Shown piece after piece: positions 25,537 to 39,462 of a stretch of 64,000 bases of DNA. The notes under the pieces are model-generated. The model ran no database searches. It saw only the letters and a list, made by a program, of their open reading frames with translations, and was not told where the DNA came from. Position 1 is the stretch's first letter. The number at the start of each line of letters is the position of its first letter. Where the stretch lies: assembly GCA_951406725.2 (NCBI GenBank), contig OX597814.1, forward strand, positions 130,572,001-130,636,000, read 5' to 3'. The stretch comes from Octopus vulgaris. Taxonomy: Eukaryota. A program made the position numbers and the translations under genes.

Positions 25537-26983
25537 AATAAAATAGGTTAGATGTGGTCAGAAAGAATATTTAGCTCAGTGGTCAGTAGGGATAGCTAAA
25601 AATAGATGCCTAGCTTAAGCGAGTATGTATAGGATAAAAAATGCAATTAGATGGATAAAGGATACAAATGAAAGAATTGAAAATTAAAAATTAAATGAAC
25701 TAAAAAGTTTACAGATTACAAATTAAAAAATTTTTTAAATTTAAAAATTTGAAATTAAAAAATGAAAAAATTTATAAGTTTTATCGCAACTAGCTAGCTT
25801 CTAAGATACTTGTGTTGACATAGAAGAAAAAAACGTACGTATATTGTAACGATCGAGGATGCATATAGACAAGTGTTATGTGTGTTGATTTTGTTTGAAT
25901 TTTGTTTGTTAAATATATATATTTATTATGTATAAATGTATACACACACATACATACTTACAGACACATACACGCACACGCATGCACGCATGCACACACA
26001 CAGAGACTGTAAAAGAAAGCGAGAAAACCAAGGGTAGTCTTGAGATGCATATTTACATGGAGTACAAAATACAGATTGCTTTATTGGTCCCAGGTTTGGG
26101 GTGGTGGAGTATGAACTTTAAATACGTATGTATACACACATATATGTATATATAAATTTCACCCCGGACATGCTAGAAACAAAAGGTAAAGGACAGGATT
26201 TCTGGGAAAACTTCCTATTACGCTTATATCGAAGATCAAGTTTTTAAATATGCTTATCATAAACACAAATTACAGAATAGGAAAAGATCATTTCAATTGA
26301 GTCTGAGCTGTAATTTTGCGCGTGCACACAGCAAGAAACGTCATTCTTTCGTTTGAGGCAGCAAAGTTGTCAACTCGATCATATAGGATCATATGACTGT
26401 TCGTTAATTTCCGTAAATATCTTTTATTTCTTTATGCTTTGAAGATGTGTGTACGTATATATGAAATGGACCTCTGCGTATGTGCGTGTGCATGAGAAAG
26501 AGAAAGTAAAAGAGAGTGACTGAAGGTATGTGTTGTCATGTATGTATTTTTTGCATGTATGTGTAAGTGGCGCTTACTCGTTCTCTCTCTCTCTCTCTCT
26601 CACACACATACACATTATCTTTCATATATACGTACATAACTACATATGCATACATCCTTTTTGTATGTATGTATGCGTGTGCATGTGAGAGAGAGTGGTG
26701 ACTGTATTTCCTCATAACACATAGAGAAATGGATGTCTTTTAATGAAATGTTTTTGGTTGTGGCTTATTTTAATACAATTTTTATGTGTACAGTTTCATA
26801 AATGCTTGTCTGAGTAGAATTCTACGCAAGCATGAAACATCTGAAGAAAGTGAAATATTAGAAGCAAATCGAAATATTGCCTAATATTGACCTCAAATCT
26901 GTGCGACCCGATATCATTCCCGAGGTTATTTTAGTGGTAAAAAAAGTTGTGCCAAAAATAAAGTTTATTTGGTAGCCTTTATA

Positions 26984-27907
26984 TTGGGTCATCCCATAAA
27001 TAATGCGGATTTCTTTTATGCTTCTTATTATTTTTCAAAATTAAGATAACGAAACTTCTTTTTTAATTTAAAATATACTCTCCTTAATTTTCTACAATGC
27101 TCTTCCTTTTATCTGGTAGACTTGCAAGGCCCCTCTTCCAAAAATTCACTTGTCCGCGACGGAAAATACTCCTCCACTACTGTTCTGACCTCGTGTACAG
27201 AACTCATATTTTTTCTGTCCAAATGATTTTGAAGACTGGAATAATAATCAGATGGGGCAATGTCCAGTGAATATGATGAGTGTGGTATCGTTTCCCATTG
27301 AAACTGCTCCAGCTTTGGGAATGCCATCCTCGCAGTATGCAGCCGACCATTATCCTGATGGAAGAATACCTTTCGACTCGAAACCAAAGATGATCGCTTT
27401 TCTTCTAGCGCTGATTTGAATGACTGGTTGAAAGACAAAATCCAAAACTTTTCTGCTAGTTCCTCAACAGTTACGATGGGATTTTGTTCCACCAGCGTTT
27501 GCAGGACATCCTCGTCGAGCTCTACAGATCTTCCAGTACGAGGCTCGTCTTCTAGACTGTAGTTTTCGGTTCGGAATTTCTTGAACCACAGTTGAGATTG
27601 GCTTACGCTTGTTATCCGATCTCTATATACTGCATTAATATTCCTCGCACTTTTCGTTGCGTTGTTGCCTTTTGTTGAACTCATAAAGCAAAATATGCCG
27701 AATATGCTCTTTTTTTCACGTCCATTATAGTTTTGGAAAATAACTGTTAACATCGAACTGCGCTCTTCAAAATTTGCACTAAAAATAAGTACAAGGTAAA
27801 ATTACGACCTGCTTTTATAACAAGTTAATACAGGTAGGGTATCCCATCCCCCATCGACTTCTAGTTCATGCAATTGAAGAAACCGCATTACTTTTGGGAT
27901 GACCCAG
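26984..27907 (-). mobile_element. Internally deleted mariner element
   Basis: TIRs ttgggtcatcccataaataatgcgg / ccgcattacttttgggatgacccag with TA flanks. ORF 27109-27753 has SLEDEPRTGR, HQDNGRLH and YSLDIAPSDY but lacks the first catalytic D region. Confidence 0.9.
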
Positions 27908-28256
27908 TATATATAGCTAGATGACAAGCAGTTTTCTTTATTATAGTACACATGTGGCAAATTCAGAGAAACATTACTTTCGTTATTCATATATCATTAC
28001 TCCTGTAATACAACACTTTGTAATTGAAAGTATGAAACTATTTTCACTTTCTAATGAAATTTGGTCGTTGTAGAGCAGTGTTTTTTTTTAAATAACTAAA
28101 GCTGGTTGTAGAGATAACTTGGAAAATATGTAAATTAAAATAAAATTTATTTGGTAGCCGAAAGATTACTGAATCTTGTAATACCCAATACGTCAAAATC
28201 GGCAACTCAGTTTTTCGAATGCATAAGGAACATGCGCAAACACACACACAAACTCT

Positions 28257-28405
<149 letters not shown>

Positions 28406-28501
28406 CTACAATATACGCACATACATACATACATGTATACCTACAAATGCATAAATGGATATATATGTATGAATGTATGTATGTATGTATGTATATGTGT
28501 A

Positions 28502-28535
<34 letters not shown>

Positions 28536-28745
28536 TATTCATATATGCATATTCATATATGTCGTTTGTTTTAGTGGTTAGCATGTTCGGCTCACGCCTG
28601 TAAGGTCGCGTGTTCGGTTCTTGACAGTGACTAGAGTCCTTCAACAGAACCGTTCCGTTCATGGGATTAACTGGCACACTCGTCGTCATGATGGGCGGAG
28701 TGTCAGTTATTTGTTATTATACATATAAACACACACCTGGACATA

Positions 28746-29261
28746 CAGGGTTATTCAAAAAGAAAGAGCAGATTTCAAGTTTATTTTTAAAACATACGGT
28801 AAGAGACATAAACACATTCTACATATTTCTTGATAGGGGAAGGTTTAAAGTTTATTTTAAGGTGGTATGCACTCAATATGAGCACCATGTGTTGCTCGAT
28901 AAACATCGAAACCTTTTTCTGTGAAATTTTTACGCCATTCGTAAAGTTGCATCTGACGAGGTGGTTTTTTATTGAATTGGCGGCGAAATTCACGTTGCAC
29001 TTACACAATTGATTCCCATTTCTCAAACTGCAGCACACAAAAATACTTTTCTTATGGCGTTGACATTTTCTAAAGGATTACGCAAATGAATAAAAACAAA
29101 ATTAAAATATTATTTTATTTAAGGCTTAATTCAGTTGATAATGTTCAGCTATAAACTTTAAACCTTCTCCTATCAAGAAACATGTAGAATGTGTTTGTGT
29201 CTCTTACCGTTTGTTTTAAAACTAAATTTGAAATCTGCTCTTTCTTGTTGAATAACCCAGT
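28746..29261. mobile_element. Tc1/mariner-type non-autonomous element with ~108-bp TIRs
   Basis: cagggttattcaaaaagaaagagcagatttcaa…aaggtttaaagtttat versus its reverse complement at 29150-29260. Confidence 0.9.
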
Positions 29262-30099
29262 GTGTATGTATGTATGTATGTATGTATGTATGTATGTATG
29301 TATGTATGTATATATATATACATACATACATACATAAACACACACACACACATATACAGATATATGTGTGTATACATATGTATATGCATACATAGCTGTA
29401 TGTGAATGTAGAATTAAATTGTCTACAGTAGAATAAATTATATATATTTGTGTAGTTTTAAACATAAATTATATATTAAGCATTTACAAGAGTGGCCTCA
29501 CACCACTGATCTGATAAGAGCTGCTCACTTCTCTTTCTGTTTTAAGTTTTTGCTTGTAAATATCATGTCTATATGTTGCTCAATTGAAATCATCAAAAAC
29601 TTTTAATTTATAGCTTGCATATTATGGCGCCTTACTTTATTTACCAAGTGTTGCGTTGGGATCTATTGACGTAATAAATGCTACTTGAGGCAAGAGTTGT
29701 GAACAGGAACTTTCCCTTGCTCTCACGATATAAAACTGAGGAAGTTCTCTGGAGAACTAAACACCATGTTGCTTATAAAGTTATATCATAATAAACAGCT
29801 CCTAATTATTTACACGATATCTTAATACGTTATTATAACGTAATAATCATTAATATGTTTTTTCCGTAATATTATTTATCTCTTCACGTAAGATATTTCC
29901 GTTTTGCTAATTTCGGAGTGTTCATTCGATATGGTATTTTCGTATTTATTTTTCCTTCTTTAAATATGTTAACAGATGCACGTATGTTTTTGGTAGGCTG
30001 CGAAAGATAGTGGTGGCGAAATTTGAAAACTGTATTGTCTTTGACATGTTTTTAAATCTAAATTTGTTCTCACTGTGGAATCACTCGAAACATCTTTCG

Positions 30100-30154
<55 letters not shown>

Positions 30155-30412
30155 GTGTGCGTGTCAGTATGTGTGTGTGTGTGCCTGTGTGTACGTGTGT
30201 GTCTGTCTGTTATGAAACGTGTGCAGCCTTGACCTGGCTGTCATAGAAAGAATATTATCCTTTGATTTTGGAAGCATAAAATATATATTGCATTACGCTC
30301 TCAAACGTACATTTTTTACTCTCAGTTTCGCTAATGGTATGGCAGTCTTTGTCTTTCTCTCTCTTTCTTTCCCTCTCTCTCAGTGTATGCATATATATAT
30401 TTATATATGTGT

Positions 30413-30443
<31 letters not shown>

Positions 30444-31010
30444 CATATACACATGCAATACATGAATGCATACATACAAGCATCATACAAAAGCAGTAAC
30501 AGCGAAGATGGTAAAATATAAACGATATTAAATGTACTTTTATCACAGGATATTTGAGACGGGGTAAAGAATACGCTGGCTTGGCAAGTGATAGATAAAC
30601 GACTTTATTCTTGTCACTACATATGTTGTTCACAAATACACACATTATCACTTGTTTTGGCAAGTGACTTAATCTGAAGCTATTTGTTGAGATTGAAGAA
30701 CTAACATAGTTGAGGGGGCTACTTCAATAATTTAAAAGCATGCAAGACTTTTCCCTGCGACCTCTTATACCCGATTGTTGCATGGATTTTACTCTATCAT
30801 AAACACATACAGAAACACACATATATGTATAATGTATGTGCATACATACACGCACACGCGCATATACGTGTGTGTTTCAGTTGCAGGATTCGTTAGAATA
30901 TAGGTGTATCAAAAACGAGTCACCAGGGTTGGCTGAGTACGTAGTATTAAACCTACAACTTGAAGAAACTTACAGTTGTCGTTTGTTGTTAGTTCATCAT
31001 ATCTCCATAA

Positions 31011-31071
<61 letters not shown>

Positions 31072-31082
31072 CTACTACTAAT

Positions 31083-31250
31083 ATAGGAAAACAAATTTTT
31101 TTCAGAAAAAAATTTCATCAAAAGTGGCAGTATATTAAAATACATTTAAAGGTTAAAATTATATACAACTTACAAACAAGGGCAAAAGAAAAATTATTTC
31201 TGTGCCAATATGCTGATAACAGACTTTAAATCGTCAGTTCCACATTTCAT
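31083..31250 (+). repeat. Diverged copy of the PLE pLTR-like segment of 49523-50405
   Basis: tataggaaaacaaatttttttc…tcatcaaaagtggcagtatattaaaatacatttaaaggt…agggcaaaagaaaa…aatatgctgataacagactttaaatcgtca. Confidence 0.7.
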
Positions 31251-31259
31251 TATACATTC

Positions 31260-32030
31260 ACTATAAATATAAGCAGGAATCTCTAACATACCAAGGGAAA
31301 AACGTTGCACAATACTAAAAGAAATAGACAGAGTTATAAATTTTGCAGAATCGCCTCCTTTGAATAAAGTACACTACGACCAAGAGTGACGTGGGCAAAA
31401 AGGATGTATGAAGATAGACGTTACAAATGTAAGTTTTACTGAAGAGTGCAGAGCAACATTAGATGGACCTAACTGATGGGCAAGGAGCTGGGTATTAAAT
31501 AGTAAAAGTCAGTCAACGCGATTAAGAAGACGGTAGGGTGATGGAGGAATCATGTTTTGTGACAGTATAGTTGGAGGAGACATTATAGGCCCATTTACGT
31601 TTGCTGATAGGGTCAAAATAAACGCTGAAAATTATTGCAAGTTTCTAGATGACAACTTTTTCCATTGGTTCAAGTCAACAACGCGAAGTTTCCAGTTAAA
31701 GTGCATATTTAGGCATGATAATGCCCCTTCACACTCTGCCAAACTCACTATTAACCATTTAGCTAAGGAACGTTTCAAAGAACATAAGATAATGGAATGA
31801 CCCCCTCTCAAACTCCAGATCTAAACTCAATAGAGAATTTGTGGTCAATTATTAAAAAAGTGGTATATTCTAATGGTAAATAATATCCATACAAGGATTG
31901 ACTATGGGAAGCAATAAAAACTGCTGCAAATAATATTAAAAGTGGGATTGTTGAGAAAATGACAAAATCAGTTGAGAGAATATTTAAATTTATAGATAGT
32001 AAAGGAGGCGATAAAAAGATGTAAAATATA
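31260..32030 (+). pseudogene. Tc1-like transposase remnant (about DD37-38E spacing)
   Basis: FTEECRATLDGP…GGIMF…IIGPF…FRHDNAPSHSAK…IME*PP…PDLNSIENLWSIIK…LWEAIK; stops and frameshifts. Confidence 0.85.
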
Positions 32031-32299
32031 TACATAATTGTTTGTAAATATAAATATATGGTGGAAGATATACATATATATTAATGGTCAGGTTATGTAT
32101 TGTTCTATATGTAAATCACATTACATGTAGTTTATATAATATTTGTTCACATGCATAATAAAAAGAAACGCTTTATAAACATGTTTTTCTTAATTTCTGC
32201 TTTTAATGTACATCGATTTAGACAAAAAGTATTCGGGATGTGGGATATGTAATCCTACATTTCCCCTAAACATTTCTCCTAAACATTTCAAGAAAATCC

Positions 32300-33250
32300 T
32301 AAGCACCTGCAATGTGAGCTGGACAAAATATACAAGTGCGCTGAAAAGAATAGCATGCAGTTCAATGCTGAAAAGTTTCAAGCTTTATACTATCAGCATG
32401 CAAAACTAAATGCAATACCCGATAAATACACTGGACCTGGAGGGATTGCAATCCCAGAGGCACAATCAGTACGAGACCTGGGTATTTACATGAGTGATGA
32501 TGCAACCTTTCATGTGCATGTTGCTAAATTGGCAATGAAATGTGGGCGGCTGACCGGATGGATTCTTAGAACCTTTAGAACAAGAGACCAGGAAACCATG
32601 ATGGTCCTCTGGAGGACACTTGTCCTAAGCCACTTTGACTATTGCTCTCAGCTATGGTCACCATCCAGTGTCAAGTTAATCACAGAACTTGAGGCGATCC
32701 AACGAAGCTACACGAAGAAGATAGCCTCTGTGCAGCATATAAGCTATTGGGAAAGACTCAAGAGATTGAGACTCTATTCCTTAGAGCGTAGGCGAGAAAG
32801 ATAATCCATAATATACATCTGGAAAATCCTAGAAGGACTTGTCCCAAACTTTGGCATCGAGAGTTACACAAATGCCAGAACTGGGCGCCACTGCATAGTG
32901 CCTAGGACTCCAAATTTGCCATCAAGATGTAGGACAAGATACTGTGATAGCCTGGGCTTTCGAGGCCCACAGCTCTTCAATATCCTCCCGAAGAACCTAA
33001 GAGACCTGCATGGGGTGGATGCAGATGTCTTTAAAATGAAACTGGATCTCTTCTTGTCAGGTGTCCCAGATGAACCAACTTCACGGCAGGAGGTGCAGAT
33101 GAGGGCAGCTGCATCGAATTCTCTCATGCACCAGATGGCATTTGCTAAAAAGCATTCGCGAAGTAAAATCATGTAGCAACACCAAATGGCGGTGCCCCAG
33201 CATGGCCACAGCTTGTGAGCTGAAACTAAATAAAATAAAATAAAATAAAA
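32300..33250 (+). mobile_element. 5'-truncated CR1/L2-type LINE (RT C-terminus, 3'UTR, (TAAAA)n)
   Basis: LQCELDKIYKCAEKNSMQFNAEKF…VRDLGI…FDYCSQLWSP…LEAIQR…YWERLKRLRLYSLERRRER*…GPQLFNILP…FKMKLDLFL; one in-frame stop at 32802. Confidence 0.9.
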
Positions 33251-33374
33251 AAGGGTTTTTGATTTTCTTGAGGAATGATTGACCAGCATAATAAAAGGAA
33301 ACATAGTGTATGTATGTATGTATATATATATATATATATATATATTAACATCCGCTGGGCAGCTAATTTCCACA

Positions 33375-33978
33375 AATGTACACAGTTTCTATTCTCTATC
33401 CCAATCATTACGTCAGATCTGTTGTGCTTACATTTTATTGGGGTCTTAACTGGTACATTCCACCATTACTCCTTTTTATTATAAGTTGCTATGGCTTCTA
33501 CCATATTGTGGTTTCTTATTTCTTTGTCCTCGGGATTATCCTTCCGCCGGATTTCATTGTAGAGTATCCTAGCTATTACATCATGTCTCATCAGTAGATA
33601 ATACCGTGATGATATTTTCGGACAACTGCTTACGATATGGATGTTAGCTTCAGTATGAACTCCACAAAGTCTGCATCGCTTGTCACATTTTACTGCTTTT
33701 CCTACATCTCTGTCCCTTTTTTGCATCAGATACTTGGTTGATATTTCCTGTTCCTGGATAGAAAACGCATACCTTTCAACGTGGGAGGTAGTAATCCGGC
33801 TATTGGTCCCTGATAAACTGCTTTGATTATCGATGTCAATATAATCACAGAGCTTTCTGCTGACATATCCTTGCATAGTCTTCTGCTCATATAGGCTCAT
33901 CCTTTCATCTGATGATACGTTGTGGTAGAGTCGTGCGAATTCTTTAGACATGTATTCTAGGTTATCAGACGAAGAGTG
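33375..33978 (-). mobile_element. R4/Dong-type non-LTR element, zinc knuckle / REL endonuclease fragment
   Basis: FSIQEQEISTKY…CRLCGVHTEANIHIVSSCP…YLLMRHD…WWN…HNRSD; abuts (TATG)n. Confidence 0.85.
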
Positions 33979-34659
33979 TTGTATGTATGTATGTATGTAT
34001 GTATGTATGTATGTATGTATGTATGTATGTATGTATGTATGTATGTATGTATGTATGTATGTATATGTATGTATATATGTATGTATGTATATTTGCATGT
34101 ATGTATGTATGTATGTATGTATGTATGTATGTATGTATGTATGTATGTATGTAGTTTACTGAAGTGAACGTTTAGTTCAGAACTTGAATTTCAAGCAACC
34201 TGCAATCTCTAGGCAAGAACTCTTACAACCCTGGTTGATAATATAAGTGGCAAGTGTATTTGTTATTTTATATTGGCGTTCGTTTATTGAGTTGCGCTTT
34301 GTGATTGGCGGTTATATTTCTGCTGGTATATTCCACTAATCAACGTTTGTGGTATATCTATTTTCTTGTATTTATTGATGGGAAGCGTATTTTCATTTTA
34401 TTTTATTTTTCGTTCTGGACTGATACCTTATTCTAGTTGAGGCAGTTCTTTTTAAAATTTATTTTGGCATGTTTTTGTGACAATTTGTTTTTGACGTTCT
34501 TTTTGTATCGTTATTGACTTTCATTGTCTTTTTACACTGAGTAATTTGACAAAGGAATCTCTATCTTCTCAGCAACTGACATCGTCGCCGCAAATGGATT
34601 TTCATTGTGGTGGGTTCTATACTTCGAATTTGGGTATCTTCCAGAATAGTAATATGAAT

Positions 34660-35210
34660 TTGATTTAGATACAATGCCAGGAGTTTTATGGGAAATTGGT
34701 TAGGATAATAATCAAACGAAGTATTTGACCGGCACTTTATTTTTATCGACCCCGAAAGCATAAAAGTGGAAGAAGATACAAACTTACAGAGGTTCCAAAA
34801 CAAGAAGACAAAAAAAGTTGTGAAAATTGTTTCAAATTTTGCACCAATGTCAGCATTGTTAAGGGATGAAGGTTAGTCTATTACATCAGCTCCCGAAATT
34901 GACTGCTACATTATGACTCCGAAGAGATGAGCGGTAATGTTGATCTCCGTGGGATTTGAACTTACAACGTAACGAACCGGAATAACAATAATTGCTTCAT
35001 GTTTTGGCACACGTCAGCAGTTTTAGGGAGAATGGTGTAAGTGATTACATTGAGCCAAGTACTTGACTTTTGCCTTATTTTATTGACTCTGGCTGGATGA
35101 CAGCAAAGACGACCTCGGCGGGAATTGAAATCAGAAAGTAAAGATTCAGAACTAATACTGCGCGTGGCACTTTTCTGACGTCCTAATAATTCTTCCAGCT
35201 AACCACCTGG
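34660..35210 (-). mobile_element. Tandem of three degenerate SINE family D copies
   Basis: Repeated attacat…gac…ttattttatcgacccc…gatga…gacctcggcgggaattgaa motifs. Confidence 0.65.
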
Positions 35211-35247
35211 CACAGAATAATGATGTATATATATATATATATATATA

Positions 35248-36335
35248 TGCGCTGGTTGCCAACATAATTATGTGGGACAAACGAGTCTCCCGTTACGTAA
35301 ACGAGTAACGGTGCATAAAGAACAAATAAATCTCCCGGAATACCGACAAATTCCACTGAGTGACCACTTAGACTCATGTGCTAAAGACTTAAACCCCAAA
35401 TTCTATATATTCCCCTTCTACCAATGTAAAGACGGGATCACCACACAGGAGAGAATTAACAAGGAGAATCTCTTTATTGAAAAATTCCAAACACAACTTA
35501 ATATGCAAACTCCTCGTTGATCAAACTTCCTTTCTCTACCTCACTCTTCATGGATGGACTAACACAAATATATAAAGATACCATGCATTCACCACTTCAA
35601 GCTAAAACTTATATTCTTTAAATATCATTTTCACTATTGTTGTTGTTACTACTATCATTTTTATTATAAATGATATGACAATTTGAAATGCAATTGTCTA
35701 TGCAGTTTTATATTATTAGAAAATAATATAAATAAAGTGTTAAAATCTGAAAGTTAAGTTAACAAGCAATTATATAAAAAAGATAATGCAAATGAAGCTA
35801 AAATGATAGTTTTATAATTTGGGTTTTATTGAAGAACTCAAAAGAGTTGTCTCCCCTTACTCACAACACAGGAACTGAAGAACCAGGACCACAATTACTA
35901 CTACTTCCTGTCCTGCAACATGCTGAATTTAACAACACAACACATCACATGCTATTAATCCCTTTGGATCTTAACACCTCAAGGTAATTTTTTGGTAAAC
36001 AACCATAAAACTCAAGATACACAACGAACTCACAATGTATCGGAGAACTTATTTTTTAATTTTTGTACATTTTTATCATTATTCTTTTACAAAAAACATT
36101 GCAATTTTCTTTTTTTCCCCTTTCTAATTTTTAAAAAAACTTCTTAAAACATAAATATTCTTGACAAGTCATACATTGACGAAAACCGGTTGAATAAATA
36201 TATATATTTATATATTTTATCATTTTCTCATTTTATTAAAATTTTCTTTCATTTGAGCATTCTGCATTTTTAAAAAAATTTTTCCTTACTTATCATTTCT
36301 CCACGTGCGGTCAACACAACCCCACCATTTATTGA

Positions 36336-36337
<2 letters not shown>
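35248..36337 (+). mobile_element. Penelope-like element 3' end (GIY-YIG endonuclease tail plus pLTR)
   Basis: CAGCQHNYVGQTSLPLRKRVTVHKEQI…LSDHLDSC…ERINKENLFIEKFQTQLN; flanked on both sides by (TA)n. Confidence 0.85.
36156..36196 (+). ncRNA. Minimal type-I hammerhead, U3:A8 core variant
   Basis: tattc-TTGACAA-gtca tacat tgac-GAAA(A)-ccgg-TT-gaata. Confidence 0.65.
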
Positions 36338-36389
<52 letters not shown>

Positions 36390-37186
36390 GATACATATAT
36401 ATGTGTGTGTGTGAAATATATAATGATATATATATATATAATTACAGTAATTTGTGCAGCTATATATGTTCTAATACACATGTGTTATTTTGTTTGAGTA
36501 GGCAACGTGGGCAGACTAAATCTGAAAATATTAATTATTAATCATGAAATGTAAAGGAATTCGATTTAGTTTTAAAAAGAAATTAACTCAATGCTGGGAA
36601 TACAATGAATAAATTCTGTAAATATTTTGATATTAGCCAGATGCCATTTCAGCTGTCTTACAAATAGCATGTATTATGTATATTCTATATAGTACGCACG
36701 AATCTGTTAAATTTATGTCTTGTTATTTCGGTTATCTATTACATTAAATACAGTGTCATAAATAAGAACAGTTTCTACTTTATCTCGGTGTCATTACCGT
36801 GTAAAATTAGAGCGAGTGTGTGCTTAAATCACATACATGTTTGCGGCATGTAGGTAATATTCAGAGACATTATACTGCATATGTGCGAATCAATTATTCA
36901 TGGATATTTATTATTATATGTATACAAGACGTGCATACATGCATCCATACATATGCATATAGGTTTATTTATACCTATATGTGTGAATGCGTGTATGTAC
37001 GTATAGGAATGTATATTGAATACACGACTGACTTATAGTGTATATCTTTATCAAATTTTCATTATATCTTCATATATAAGTTCCTGAATAAAATTTCTAA
37101 ATCTCTTATCTACGTTTGTTGATCTTCATAGTCTTATCTTCTGGGTAAAGTGATTTTAATGACTATTGATCCTTTTTTTATATACT

Positions 37187-37431
37187 GGATGCGCGTGGCT
37201 TACTGGTTAGTGTGTTGGATTTATGATTGTAAAATTATGGTTTCGATTCTTGGACCGGGCGACTCGTTGTGTTCTTGAGCAAAACACTTCATTTCAGGTT
37301 GCTCCAGTTCACTCAGCTGGCAAAAGTGAGTAATCCTACAACGGACCGGCGTCCCGTCCAGGTGGGGAATATATACGCCATAAAAACCTGGAAACCGGCC
37401 CTTATCAGTGTGTATGACTCAAGAGGAAAAC
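37187..37431 (+). mobile_element. SINE with family B head and family C tail
   Basis: …gttgctccagttcactcagctgg (B) then acggaccggcgtcccgtccaggtggggaa…gaaaccggcccttat (C). Confidence 0.8.
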
Positions 37432-37599
37432 TTAGCCTTTTTTCTTGTTTCGTTAATGTGATAACTAAAGACATACTTCTAGCATACTTCTAATTTTGAG
37501 TGCTAGATTTATGCCATCGGTCAGATATATATATTTGTTTATCATTTGTACATTTCTCTGTATATTTTAGCTTTCAGCTGCACTAAGAGTATAGATTCC

Positions 37600-38430
37600 A
37601 TCATTAATCAATTATTTTAATTATTTATGTGTACCTATCTAGTTTATTTTGTGCTGTGCGCTATAATGAATTGCAGTCTCTCGTAGTAGTTTTAAGAGTA
37701 TAGTAAGCTAAGCGGATGACTGTCGTATTTGAATGGCCAATACGACAATTAGGATTCTGGTGTTTACAACTTTCGTATTTGCAATTGAATTTTTAATTTT
37801 CAGTGATTAATATTAACCTGTTTGATAATTTACATGTGCGTGGTTTGTTGTTGATGAGAAAGATTTTAATTGCGATGTTCTTGTATATGATTAGTGCTAA
37901 TTTATCGTTTGATGTTATGCATTTTGAGATCTGTTTTACGAGGTTTCTCTTAATGTGTTCAAATATTCTAAAGCTAGTATCCAGTCGCTTCATATAACAC
38001 TCTTAAATTGTTGTTTGCGCATTTTTAATAATTGTGTCATCAAATCTATTTGCTATGATGTATTGTGTTTTCTCTGCTTGATTTATTAGTTCGTTAGAAT
38101 ATCCTTTGTTGGTTAATGTTTGTTTCATTCTTTGAATTTCTTAATCTGGTGCTTCATTTATAGAAGCGAATCTAAATGCTCTTATAAGTTGAAATTTTAC
38201 CACTGACCTTTTGTATTTATGCGTGTCATTCCTTATCTTCTTTTAACTTTTTGCATTTACTGTTGCTTGATCTAAGCAGACATGATGTAGTTGTTTCCTA
38301 TATAAATAGTCACTGTATTGATAGTAGTTTTATTTGTATTGTACCTGATGCTGAATTTCGGTGCCAAGTCATTAACCAGTTCTTCTTTTAATTCTTCGAC
38401 CTTTCCTTTGTGCTCACTATGACAAGTATA
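37600..38430 (-). mobile_element. Degenerate Penelope-like RT C-terminus / GIY-YIG fragment
   Basis: YKRSVV…LIRAFRF…EIQRMKQTLTNKGYS…; KFNCKYESC…IGHSNTT..RL. Confidence 0.6.
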
Positions 38431-38445
38431 TCATGCATATCGCAT

Positions 38446-38660
38446 TCTTTTACTCTTTTACTCTTTTACTTGTTTCAGTCATTTGACTGTGGCCATGCTG
38501 GAGCACTGCCTTTAGTCGAGCAAATCGACCCCAGGACTTATTCTTTTTTAGCCTAGTACTTATTCTATCAGTCTCTTTTAACGAACCGCTCAGTTACGGG
38601 GGCGTAAACAAACCAGTATCGGTTGTCAAGCAATGTTGGGGGACAAACACAGACACACAA

Positions 38661-38750
<90 letters not shown>

Positions 38751-38905
38751 GACGGGCTTCTTTCAGTTTCCGTCAACCAAATTCACTCACAAAGCTTTGG
38801 TCGGCCCGAAGCTGTAGAAGACACTTGCCCAAGATGCCACGCAGTGAGACTGAACCTGGAACGATGTGGTCCGTAAGCAAGATACTTACCACACAGTCAC
38901 TCTTA
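38446..38905 (-). mobile_element. SINE family A
   Basis: Reverse complement of full family A with a long internal (CA)n(TA)n. Confidence 0.9.
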
Positions 38906-39107
38906 CGTTACGAACAATATTCTTTTCTACTCTAGGCAAAAGGCCCGAAATTTTGATGGAGGGGGCCAGTCGATTAGATCGACTCCAGTAAGCAACTGGT
39001 ACTTAATTTATCGACTCTGGAAATATGAAAGGCAACGTCGATGTTATGTACAATATTGTCTGTCTTGACCCACCTATATAGTGTTGCTGGATTAACTCTG
39101 ACTTGTT

Positions 39108-39331
39108 TGATTCGCTATGATAGATCGCTAGCCACTACACATTCTTTATTTTCTCTATTTTCTCTCCTTCTTTCTTTCTGTGTTCCTTTCTCTGGGGGAG
39201 CGTAGGCTCGAAACGTTAAAGACTTTTTCACTTCCTGAGCGTTATACTAATACATCTGTTTGTTGTCCTCACCACCTGTCTTCGTCTTTTGTTTTTTTTG
39301 TGTGTGTGTGTGTGTGTGTGAATTCTCCCCA
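39108..39331 (+). mobile_element. PLE pLTR-like repeat family E with degenerate hammerhead (39185-39222)
   Basis: gagc-gtag-gctc-GAAA-cg-TT-aaag with mutated core; same family as 61843-62026 and 50750-50900. Confidence 0.7.
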
Positions 39332-39462
39332 TACTATCTAATATGCACTCTATTGTCTTTGGCGCTGGAACATTAACAAACAGAACTTTTACGTCCAAGA
39401 GGTTTCTTTCTTCCTTCTTCAAATCACTTACGATATCCGTATACGGTATGTATTTGTTGGTT

